Shown in pieces: positions 35,476-46,800 of a stretch of 51,777 nt of DNA. The notes beneath the pieces were generated by a model that was given only the letters and a program-made list of their open reading frames with translations, ran no database searches and was not told the origin of the DNA. Source of the DNA: Verrucomicrobiaceae bacterium (GTDB lineage Bacteria; Verrucomicrobiota; Verrucomicrobiia; Chthoniobacterales; Chthoniobacteraceae); NCBI GenBank assembly GCA_043728745.1, contig JAYTMG010000772.1, forward strand, positions 1 to 51,777, read 5' to 3'. Positions within the stretch are counted from its first letter, which is position 1. The number at the start of each line of letters is the position of its first letter. The translations under genes were made by a program, and so were the position numbers.

Positions 35476-36333
35476 GCCGTAGAAGCTTCGAGGAACCAGC
35501 AGCGCTTAGAAAGATTGCCGTTCGCGAGCCTGACCGGGCCGACAGCGGCGGACGAGTTTGGCATCGACGGCATCCTGCGCGGACTGCGAGTCGGCGGCGA
35601 TTGGGTATGTAGCGCAGTCGCCGGATGATGACGTGGAGAAAGCAAAGGAGAAGACCGGGGAGAATGAAATTTTGACCGTTGCGCACACTGCGCGGCTGTT
35701 GGAGTGCGCCAGCGAGGAAACAATGCCGTATTGGGCGCATTCCGGGCCGGTGTTTTCGTAGGTGTCGTAATTTACCCCGGACCACCAATCAATGATCTCT
35801 GAACCGAAATGGCCATCAAACGAACCAACGCCGAAGATGCCCAAGGTGGCACTTCCACCGAACCAAAACCCGATGCAGCGAATGAAGCGCAGTCCTTCCG
35901 CGAAAATGCGGAAGTGAACGCGAAGATCGAAGCATCTTCCTGCAAGCCGTGTAAAAAAAGAGCGACGCGAGAAGCTGCGCGAAAGCGTGATGGAGAAGCT
36001 CCGTGCAAATTCCGAGATGAAGGAAGCGTATCGTATCCTCGTGAAAAACCTTCCCGAAGAGCAGCAGGAGAAAGCCATGGTCTCGCTCGCCATGCGAACG
36101 AGCCGCACCGTCGTTCCACCCACCGCCCGTCACAAGCAAAGACTCCGGCTGCGTTCTCCACGTTCGTGGAGCCTCCCGCAGCCGAAGACTTTGCTCCCCC
36201 CGCAATCCGCCATGCCGTTGCCGAGGGGGCGGCTACGGCGTTGAGCACATCGAAGATTCGTTCTGATGTTTTGCGGATTCCGTGATTTGTCGTTCAGTCA
36301 CCAAATCGCCCTACATTCGCAGGCGACTATTGA

Positions 36334-37011
36334 TTGCAAGACGCCCTCGGATTCTGCGTTAATCACCGGGTGCCGCTCGCTTGTTTTATTTTGCTATTCG
36401 GTCTTCTGCCATCGCTTGCGTTCGCTCAACTAAAGTGGGCTCAGCCATCTAAAGATTTCGTGCGTTTGACCACCGATTTGAAAACCGAAGTCGAGTTCGA
36501 GTTTTCTAATCCGGGCACGACTCACGCGAAGATTGTGGACATCAAATCCTCATGCGGCTGCACCACTCCTGAGCTGCAAAAACGCGAGTACGCTCCCGGC
36601 GAAAAGGGCTCGCTTCGAGCGACGTTTGTCTTTGGCGGCAGGACTGGCCAGCAGCGAAAAGTCATCACCGTTCGCACGGCGGATGGCCTCGTACAACTGC
36701 TCGAACTCAATGTCGCAATCGCAAAGCCGATTCACGCCGAGCCGGGGCTCGTGTTTTGGCGCGTGGGGGATGTCCCCGATGCCAAGCGCGTGACCTTGAA
36801 AGTCCCCGACGGCATCGTCGCGCGAGCCACCAATGCCACTTCAAACAATCCCCGCATCAGCGTCCGATTGGAGACTGCTCCCGATGCGACTCAAGTGCTG
36901 AGCATCTCGCCCGCAGACACGTCCAAGCGCGAGTCCGCAGAGCTGACCGTGGAGACGAATTTTCCGCCGGATGCCCCGAAATCGCTCACAGTATTCGTCC
37001 GCATCAAGTGA
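36334..37011 (+). CDS. DUF1573 domain-containing protein (secreted)
   Basis: The family-diagnostic pattern is EFEFSNPGTTHAKIVDIKSSCGCTTPELQKREYAPGEKGSLRATF...GQQRKVITV. The signal peptide is ...PLACFILLFGLLPSLAFA|Q. The start is TTG 36334 or the in-frame GTG 36370. Confidence 0.9.
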   Translation: MQDALGFCVNHRVPLACFILLFGLLPSLAFAQLKWAQPSKDFVRLTTDLKTEVEFEFSNPGTTHAKIVDIKSSCGCTTPELQKREYAPGEKGSLRATFVFGGRTGQQRKVITVRTADGLVQLLELNVAIAKPIHAEPGLVFWRVGDVPDAKRVTLKVPDGIVARATNATSNNPRISVRLETAPDATQVLSISPADTSKRESAELTVETNFPPDAPKSLTVFVRIK

Positions 37012-37403
37012 CAACGATCGCATTTAAACACGCTGTGATGATCGCGATAGCGGCATTGATTCCCGCCGTGTTTTACGATCCCTCGCCAGCTCAGACGGCT
37101 CCGAAAGATGGCGAGATTTCGAGCGCCGATGTCAGAGCCGTTCCGGCGGAGCGACTGCTCTGGATCGATACTCGAAAGAACGCGGGCGGCCCGACGATTG
37201 CGGGAGCCAAGCGCCTCAATTCATGGTCGTGGGATGAGCAATTGCCCGCGTTTCTCGATGCGTGGGAGCCCGAGCTGACCGTCGTGATTTTCGGCGCGTA
37301 TGGCTCCGACGAATCACACGCCATCGCAAACCGCCTCGCGCGCGAAATCGGCATCTCGCGGGTATTCGTCTTGAGCGAGCCGTGGGAAGTTTTTGTGAAA
37401 TGA
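37008..37403 (+). CDS. Rhodanese-homology domain protein lacking the catalytic Cys
   Basis: GTG 37008 overlaps the upstream stop (GTGA); an alternative ATG is at 37038. There is an N-terminal hydrophobic anchor, MIAIAALIPAVFY. The rhodanese-like core reads ISSADV....LLWIDTR....IAGAKRL....VVIFGAYGSDESHAIANRL....VFVL. The active-site position holds Gly, not Cys. Confidence 0.75.
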   Translation: MTTIAFKHAVMIAIAALIPAVFYDPSPAQTAPKDGEISSADVRAVPAERLLWIDTRKNAGGPTIAGAKRLNSWSWDEQLPAFLDAWEPELTVVIFGAYGSDESHAIANRLAREIGISRVFVLSEPWEVFVK

Positions 37404-37810
37404 AGCCGCGCTTTTCCATCATCCTGCGCATCGCGCTCGCGGGCGTGCTGCTCGCTGCCGGCGTCCAAAAGCTGGAAGCTGTTGAAGGGTTTGCGCATGA
37501 TTTGTTTTTGTTCGGGTTGGTCAATTGGGACGTTGCATCGCGACTCGCCGCATATCTCCCGTGGCTGGAAATCGCGACCGCGCTGAGCCTCGCAATTCCT
37601 CGCATTCGCAACGGTGCCCTACTGCTTGCGGCGACGCTCTCTGTTGCATTTACCGCGAGCCACGCGATTGCGTGGTGGCGGGATTTAGATTTTTCGTGCG
37701 GTTGCTTCGGTCACGGCGGAACGGGCGTCCATCCATCGCTGGCAATTACGGGAACCTTGTTGATGTTTAGCGCAGCGATATTTCTGCTGCGCGAGCCACG
37801 GCGCGGCTAG
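37400..37810 (+). CDS. MauE/DoxX-family membrane protein
   Basis: ATG 37400 overlaps the upstream stop (ATGA). The protein has four hydrophobic segments (MKPRFSIILRIALAGVLLAAGVQKL...) and the CGCFG motif typical of MauE-like proteins (DFSCGCFGHGG). Confidence 0.85.
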   Translation: MKPRFSIILRIALAGVLLAAGVQKLEAVEGFAHDLFLFGLVNWDVASRLAAYLPWLEIATALSLAIPRIRNGALLLAATLSVAFTASHAIAWWRDLDFSCGCFGHGGTGVHPSLAITGTLLMFSAAIFLLREPRRG

Positions 37811-40800
37811 TTCGACGGAAGCAGCTCGACCGTGCCGCCGTTTGTCGGGCGGAGGAAGTAGCCGCGACCGACGTTCTGTTTCAGGAAGACTGCGCCTTTA
37901 AATTTCGCGGCAGCTTTATCGCTTGGGGCGAGGAAGGTGCCGGAGAAAATTCCCGTCTTGGCGTTGAGGCTCAACTTTGGTCGCAGCGTGCCGGGAGTGC
38001 TAAACAGTCCGACTCCGGTTGGCGACCATGTGAGTGGAAGTGCGAGCGGCTCGCTGAGTCCGCCGTTGCTAAATCGGAGCGTTGTGAAAGTCTGTGGCGC
38101 TGGTGTGTAGCGCGAACCGATAAGCGGCAAAATAGTTTCAAATGCGTGCGGGAAAACTTTGTGAGTCGCCGCTGCCGGGCGGAACCAATGGACGCTTCCG
38201 TCGAGGTCGCTCAGCGCAGAGCGGTCGCGGAAATAAATCTGCGCGAGCGCGGAGCCTTGGCCCTTTGCCAGCATCGTATAGAAGGCCCACGCATCCTCGC
38301 CAATCAACGATGAGGATTGCGAAAACTTGCTGCCATCCGCGAACTCACCGACGGCTTTCAGCTTGCCCGCCGCAGTCATCGAAAGCGTCGCGATTCCCGT
38401 GCCGGAAGGCAGTCCGCCTTGTCCCTCCGGCGCGAGCAGCAACGTGTGCGCTCCCGCCAGCGTGGTGGGGAATGTTTTGCTGTGGATGACGCGCTCGGTG
38501 ATGAAGGTCGTATCGCCGCCCGGTCCGTTGAGCGTGCCGGTAAATGCGTCCGCGCCGAACTCGCCTTCGAGCGAAAGTGTGATGCCATACGTGCCGACAA
38601 TTCCCGCGAATCGCCCTTCTGCATCGAGCTTTCCGCGCAGCGTGCTGCGCTTGCCGCCGCGCGTGAGCGTGCCGGTGAAGGCGCCAGTTTTCGCGAGCTT
38701 CACGCTCAGGATGCCGGATGTTTCATGCGTCGGCACGGCGTCGCGCAGCAGTCCCAAATACTCGCCTGCGTAGCTCGCGAAATTCCGTGTCTTTTCGCCA
38801 TCGAGCCGCCGCCATGTCGTGGTCGCGCTCGTGTTTCCGGCGTTTCCAGCGATGTCTTCCACGCCTGTCGCATTCACGGTGAAGACGTAAACGCCCGCGT
38901 CGTCCGTCAGTAAATCGAGGCCGGCAATGGAAAATTGCGCGGCGTTTGCTCGCACGAGTTTCACCGCTTTTGCGAGCGGAACGGCGACGCCATCACGAGT
39001 GAGCGAGCAGTCCGCAATCGCGAATGTCGTGACATTGAGATTCTCCGAAAATGAAACGCTGAGACTGCTCACAGCGTCCTCACGCGGCGACGGGGTCACT
39101 TCGCCAATGAATGCCGAAGGCGGCGTGATATCAACGAACACGCGCAGCATTGTGGGTTCGGAAACATTGCCCGCAGCATCCACCACGACCACCGCTACGT
39201 CGTGAGTTCCCGCTCCGCCCAAATCGACTGGGATGCTGAATGCCGCAGTGGTGACAGCCACTTCGCCGAGTGCGCCGCCGGTCGTGAGGTCCGTCGCACG
39301 CACGAAACTATTTCCGACTGCAACGCGCCCGACGATGGATGCCGCACGCGACTTCACGATGCCGTCTTTTGCGGAAGCTCCGGTATCCGGCAACACAGCA
39401 ACTTTCGTGGGAGCAGCGGGGCGTTTTAGTTGCACTTTCCAGCTCCGAGTCGCGGTGCCGCTGCCCGTATTTCCCACGCGGTCGGTGACGCCAACCGTGT
39501 TTACCGAGAGCGCATAATCGCCAGCCGCAGCCGTCGCAGCCGCGAGCCCTTCAATGGCGAAACTGCCCGCTGAAACCTCGCGAATGCTTGCTTCGGCGAG
39601 GCTCACGACGCGCCCGTTGCGCCGCAGCGATACATCGTCAGTGCCGAAAGAGTTCGTCGCGACCGGTTCGGAGAAAGTGACCGTGAGCGCGGAGATGGCA
39701 TCGCTGCGTGGGTTCGGCGAAACGGCTGCGATTTCCGCCGTCGGCCCCGCTGAATCAATGCTGAAGGACTCCTCGATTCGCCCAGTTCCTGCGAGTCCGT
39801 CCGTGTCATTCACACCATCCGCCAGCACCGCGAAAGTGTAATCGCCGGGCAGCGTCGTGAGCCCGCCAAGGCTAGCAACGCGGAACACATTTGGCGCGAC
39901 GGAGGTGATCGTCACCGCCGACGTGATGAGGTTTGCGCCGCCGTCGAGCGTGAGAATCAAATCGTCCGTCGTGAAACTTCCGCCATTTGCCGCACGGGAG
40001 AAAACGACATCGACCGAAGTCACCGATTTCCGCACTGCATCCACGCCAAATCCGCCCGCACTCACCACGACTAGTCGCGTCGCGCTCATCGCCCACAGCG
40101 CGGAGGCGGAGCCTTGGCCTGCGCGACCCGAGAGGTCGGCGATGGTGCCGGATTGCACGGAGATTGCGTACGTCCCGTCGTCCGTCGTCAGCGCAGCGAG
40201 CCCTGCAATGCGGAATGCGGTTTCGCCGAGCGACGTCACCGACACGCCCGAATTCACGAGGTTTGCGCCTGCATTTCGGCGCAGCGTCACATCATCGCGC
40301 GTGAAAGTCGCAGCATCGACTGGACGAGTGAAAACGACATCTACGCTATCGAGCGGCACGTTTCGCACGCCCGGCTCGACGGGCCCGAGTTGCGCGATTT
40401 GCACGGCTGGCGGAAGCAGACCCGGCGTCTGCGCGATATCGTAGAAAAGCGTGTAGGTGCCCGTTCCATCGAAATCGAACAGATGCAGCGAAAGCTCGCG
40501 CCGCGCACCGCTCAGCTCCGTGGGGAACGTGCGGTCGGTCTGCCACACATTGTCGCCGACGCGAATATCGACATCGTCGGAACGCACCACGCGGATGAGT
40601 TTCAGCCCCGCACCGGGGTCGGGCAGGCGCACGTAACTCCAGCCGCTCGGCTGATTGAGCGTGAGTTGGCGAATGAAGCCGCCGCCTGTGCTCGCGGGGC
40701 TCGTCGCGAGATTCACCACCGCAACAGAGCCGTCGCTGAGATGCAGAGTGTCCGGCGCATTTTCAGGATCGGTGACTTGGTTTGTGAGGAAATCCGGCAA

Positions 40801-43800
40801 ATCGTCATCGTCGTCGCGGTCTGCGCGAACGGGATGTATCAACTCGAAGATTTCCACGCCATCGATGAGCGATGTCGCCATTCCGCCCAGCTCGCTCGCG
40901 TGCTCAAAACTCGCCTTGTAGTCGATGAACTTCCCTTGCAGCGAACACTCCATAATGAACTGCGCGACTTGGCTGCCAGCCGGTTCGATGTTACCGAGGT
41001 CCACCTTGAGCGTCGGCTCCAGCTCTTGATTTCCGACGCGCGTGCCGATGATTTTGAAATCAATCAGCAGCCCTTTTTCATTCTCGATGATCTTCGGCTG
41101 GCCGCTCGTGATGGAGAAATTCTTCGCCGTTCCGCGTCCCGTATTTGTGACGATGAGCCCGAGCGAAAACGGCTCCGCTGGCTCCACGCCATCGGTGAAT
41201 GGATCGTCGCTATGCACATCGCGTTGCAGGAAATACTTGAGCGAAAGGCGCGCATCGGGCCGCACGACGATGTTTGCTGGCAGCAGCGGTAGCGCGACTT
41301 GCTGCGCCCCATCCGAGAACTGCAAGGTGCCCGCAAAACTATACACAGTCGGCTCCAGCGGCGCGGCCTCCCGAGTCGGGATGAACGTATATTGCAGCCG
41401 CCCCGTCGCACCCGGCGCGAGCACGCCATTTCCCGCAGCGCCCGCCATTCCAGTGACTTCCGGGCCTTTGATGAAGAAGCGACCATTCACCGAATTTCCA
41501 TCCGAATCGCGGATGTCGAGCACGACGCGCACATCCTGCATCGCGTTTGTCTCGCTGTTATTCGTGACCTCCATCGTGCCCATGAACGCTTGCCGCGTGA
41601 GCACCGCTTCCTGGTCGATCTGGATTTTCACACGGGCGCAAACGCCTTGGGTTTGCTTCGCGCCTTGATCGCGCAACGTCTCCACTGACTTCACTAAACC
41701 CGCGAGCGGCGACTCAAATCCCTGCGCCTCGGAAAGCGTCTGTGCTTGAATGGACCGCCCGAATTTTTCTTGCGCCACATCCAGCGCGTAAAAGTCGATG
41801 CTTGCCCCGGCGGGCACATCGGTGAGCTTGAGTATGCCTCGGTCGTAGTAGTCGGCAGTGCGGTTATTGCGCTCGATGAGTTTTGTCGCCATTGCGAGCG
41901 TGATGTCGGACGGAAGCGGCACAGCTAAAAGCGCCGCCTTTTCCGAATCGGTAACGCGCACCGTGCCATCGGAAGTCTCCAGCGTCGCTGCGAAAAATGC
42001 GTCGAGCCATGTTTTCAAGCGAACTCCTTCGGTGCTCGTAAGCCAAATCCGGTCGCCGAAAATATACGCGAAAGCATCCAGTTGATCGTTCAGTCGTGCG
42101 CTCCATTCGAGCATCTCCGCAAGCTCAGGAACCGCTCCCGTGGCAGCGACAGCAGTGGCTTCCGTGCGGCTCACACGGAATCGGGCGAGCGACATCTGGC
42201 GCGTATTGCCACCTCCTCCGGCTAGGACTTTTTTGCAATCGAGGTAAGCTTGGCCGAATCCCACCACGCAATCGAGCACAGCCCACGCTGGTCCGAGCGG
42301 CGTTCCGCCAGCAACAGCGGACGCGCAATCGTACCCTGCTCGCATACATGTGTATGGGACGGTCACCTTCCCATCGAGTCCGTCGCTTGCGCAGTTGTAT
42401 AGGGCATACCCGCATTTCGGCAGGTCGTAGCCGGGGATAAATCCGAGGATGCAATCGAGAGTCGCTTTCGCTTTGATCGCCGCGCACGGGTCGCACTCCG
42501 ATTGCGTTACGGTTCCCGGTCCCACATGAATCGTGCCGCCGCCGGGTCCGCCGGGTTGTGGTCGTGGATTAAATGTCCCGCCACCCGCGCCGGGACAGGC
42601 TTGGCCTTGAATCACGAATGGCTGGCCGACTCGATGGTAGCGGCGATCTGGCCCGCATTCGTAAGAATAAAGAACGATGGTAAATGGCGTGCAATTTGTC
42701 GGCCCACCCGCCGCTCGTGCAACGCTGCGCTGCGCGAAACCTGCCACGGGGCGGCGGACAATAATCGGCACGGTCACGCTGCTTTTCGCCGCGATCTCGT
42801 CGAACTGCCGCACAAGCGGGACGAACTCATAGCCGGTATCCAAGCCGGGCACTTGCACCTCGATTTGCTCTGCGGCGAGCAAGCCGTGGTTCGTGAGTTT
42901 CATGTCCACTTGGAAGGACTCGCCCGGCGCGAGATCGGGGATGGTGCTTTGCGAAAGCTCCATCGTCACGACGGGCACTGGCACATCGACTTCAAACGTG
43001 GCGACGAGCTGGATTTCGTAGCGGTCCGCGATTTCCGTCGGCACGACGACCCATGTGTAAGTGACCGTCTGCCGGTCGAGAAAAACATTCTGCCGAGTGA
43101 GCGTGCCCGCATTCACCGTGAGGCCGTTGCGATAGGAACTGTGCTTGTCCGCCGAGACTTCCAGCCAATAACTGCCCTCGCGAATACCGGAGAAAGTGAT
43201 GCTGCCATCCGCTGCCGTCGTGCCTTGTGCGACGACGATGGATTGATCAAACGGATCGCGTAGCCGCACCGTCGCATCTGCCACGCGAGGTGCGCCAGCG
43301 ACGTGATAAGTGTAATCGTCGAGCACATCCACGCGCACATCGCCGACGGCTTCGGAAATGGCGCGGAACTGAAACGGAATGGAGACGCTCGTTTGCGCCG
43401 CGCGGACGAGGATGGAGCCGCTGTAAAGATTCAGCGGTAGCGTCGCGCCCGGCAGCAGTTGCAGCGTGAGTTTCGTCCGCTCGCCCGGCGCGAGTGACGG
43501 GATTTCCGCGAGCGAAGCAAGCGTGAGCCACGGGAAATTCGTGGGTAGTAAAACTTCCAGATCACCGCTCGCTGCGCCGCCGAGATTTGCGATTTCACAC
43601 TCCATGAGCGTCTGTGCGCCGCGCAGCATCCCGCGTGTGAGCACGCCGGGATTTGCGACCAAATTCGCGACGAGCGGAGCCACAGTGACATCCACCGGAA
43701 CATCGAGAACCGCGCCCTCAGTCGAGATAAAATGGAGCTTTCCACGAATGCGGGTAATGGACGCATCCGATGCAGTGAGCGTGTAGGAAACAACGGCTTC

Positions 43801-46800
43801 TTCGCCGACCGCAAGGCTTGCTGGCGCTTGGATTTGTGCGGTGAGATTTGCGGCAGTGGTTTGCAGCGTAGCGGAAATTCCTGCCAGCGAACGGGCGCTG
43901 ATATTGCGCAGCATCAACTCGCCGGAAAGCGCCTGATTTGGCGCGAGCCGTGCCGTGATTCCCGGCGGCTGCGAAGTCATCCCGACGAGTTCAAAACTGT
44001 CCTGCACCGCGTCCTCGCTCACGCCGGGGTGATCCGCTGCGACGCTGTAATTACCTGCCTCCGTCGCCAACGGGCGGAAGGTGATGAGGTAATCGCCAGT
44101 CGCATCGGTCAACGCGGTGAAGACACGGCGCGTGCCGCTTACCAACACGCGAACGCTGACCAAAACTTGCGGAACTGGCGTCTGGTCCATTGCGCTCAGC
44201 GCCCTGCCGCGAAGCGCGATGGGAGTGCCGCTCGATGCCACCGTAACGTCCGTCGCCACGGTCGCACGATACGCGGGCAGCACTTCGATTTGTGTGGCCG
44301 CGATGAGCGCGTTGTTTTGCTCCGAGCCTTCTGCAACCTCTCCTTGCGAATCCGTCTGCACGCTCAGCCAATACAGCCCCGGCGCGGACGGAAGCGTGAT
44401 TTGCGCCGTCCGCGTGTAGCCTTCACCGATGGCGATTGGGCCGCTCGCAGACTGCGTCGCAACGGCTTGTCCCGTGGCCGACTGGCGCTCTTTTGAGATG
44501 AAAATTCGATCTACCCAATTCCCGAAGACGACTGCTGTGCCGTCATTCGCGATGGTCCAACTCACAGCGATAGAGGTTCCACCGGCTCCGCTGGCAGCAG
44601 CGGGCGAAATGCTGTCCACCGCGAGGTCCGGCTGTGCGCCGCTGGTGATGGTGAACGCGCACGCCGCAGCGTTGAGGCCGGGTGCCGTAGCAGTGAGCGT
44701 GATCGGCGTGCTCGCAGTCACACCCGCTGCGGCTGTCGCGGTGAAAGTGACTGTCGCTTCGCCATCGGCCATCGCTACCGTTGAGGGAATCGTCGCGAGC
44801 GCATCGCTGCTCGCGAGCGTGACGGTGAGCGCACCAACCGCACCGGGCTTGCGTGCGAGCGTGATGTTGAGCGATTGCCCGCTCACCACCGTGTCCGCAG
44901 AAGCGGCGAGTTCGAGCGTCGGCCCTTCGTCATCAAATACTCGCAGCGTAGCCGTGGCGACTTGGCCGAGGATGGGTTGCTGAATCACCGAGTCCGTTTC
45001 TGTAGCGGTGATCAGCACGCTTCGCTCGCCGTTCGTTTGCGTGTCATTGAGCACCGTGAATGGGAAAATCGCGCTCAAAGCATCCGCCGGAATCACCACT
45101 TGCGATGGCATCGTGACCAATGCCGGAGCGCTATTTTCCAAGCGCACCACGATGTCACGAGTCGCCGGTCGCTGACGCAAAATTGTGCCGTATCCCGCCG
45201 GAGCCTGTGCATTTTCCGGCACGGCTGCGGGGCTGAGCGAGAGCGTGATCGTCGGCGGGTCTTCGTCGATGAGCGTGATGCTTGCCGAGTTCCCCGCGTG
45301 GCCCGCTGCGGAAGCACTGATGCGCACCGTGCGGTTGCCCGTGAGAATCTCATCATCCTGCACGGTGATTGGGAAAGTCGCACTCTCCGCGCCCGCCGGG
45401 ATGATGACTTCTTGCGGCACGCCCGCAGTCGTCGGCGCACTGCTCACGAGCGTCACCGTGAGCGCCGCAGTCGTCGCGGAGTTGCGACGCACTGTGCCCA
45501 TTGCAGCGGGGTTTGCGGCATCTTCGGGCACGGAGTTCGGGGCGATTTCTACGGCCAGCGCGGGCGCTTCATCGTCCGTCACGGAAAGCGGCGCGGTGCT
45601 CGCCGCATACCCCGCAGCCTGCGCGGTCATCACGACGTTGCGCGTCGGGCTTACGACCGAATCATTGACTGGCGCGATGGTGAACGTCGCCGTCGTTTCA
45701 CCCGCCGCGATTTCCACGCTCGTGGGGAACTGCAATACACCCGTCGGGGTGGCATCCAGCGTTACGGAAAGCGGTGCCGTAGTCGTGCCATTGCGGGTGA
45801 GCGTTGCGGAGAAAGTGCCGTTGCTCTCAACAACTGTGAGCCGCCCTAAATTGAGCGCCAACGCCGCTTGCACGTCCAACGCCGCATCGTCAATCGCCGC
45901 GTTATTGGTCGTCTCGTTTTCAAAAATATCGCCGCCAGTATTCACGCGAACTACAACGAATCTCGCCCCTGCGCTCAGCGCAGGAACGGTCACGGACAGA
46001 GTCCGCGAAACCGTCTCGCCAGCCGCCAGCGTGGCTGCGGCGGGCGAAGTTCCGAGCAATCGGTCGCCGCCAATATTGCCATCGTCGGATAAGAAAACTT
46101 GATCCACCCAAGCAGTCGCCGGGCTGTTGCCTTGGTTCTTCACAGTCCACGCGATTTGCACCGTTTGCCCCGGCAGCCCGACGGCAGGCGCGGTGATTGC
46201 GAGCACGGTCAAATCCGGCGCGATCGCGCGATCGTTGTCCACGAGCGTCAAGGCGACATTGCCGCTCACGTAGCCCGCAGACGTGGCGGAAATCGTCACT
46301 TCTTTATCCGCTTCGGCGACGGTGTCGTTGATCGCCCCGACCGCCACGCTCACCTCGGTTTCGCCCGCCGCGATGGTGAGCGTCGCGGGCAATGTGAGTT
46401 GCCCCGGCAGGCTTGCACTGAGCGCCACGGTGATTGCGTTTTGCGTGTGATTGCGCAGCACGCGCAGCGTCGCGCTTCCGCCTTCGGTGAGCGACGGCGC
46501 GTTTAGCTCGACGGTCAACGCCGAGCGGAGCGTGACCGTGCGCGGCGCTGATTGCAGGCCGTCGCCCGCAGTATTCGCAGCACGGGCGGCGAACACGTTT
46601 TCCCCCGGAAGCAGCACGACACTCGTGGAAAATGCGCCGCTTGCATCCGGCAAAATCGGCCCTGCGAGCTGCGTTCCATTTCGTAAAATGAACACCTCCG
46701 AACCGCGAACCGTCGTGCCGGAAATCGTCACCGTTTGCGTGTTCACGATCGCGCCTGCGAGCGGCGAGGTGATCGTCGGTGCGGGCGGCGGACCGAGCTG

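Noticed and set aside
36756-37007. Long upstream extensions of the rhodanese ORF (from 36756) and the MauE ORF (from 37262).
   Set aside because: The extensions overlap the preceding genes out of frame and translate to R/H/P-rich sequence. Start codons that overlap the upstream stops (GTGA, ATGA) give sensible N-terminal membrane segments.
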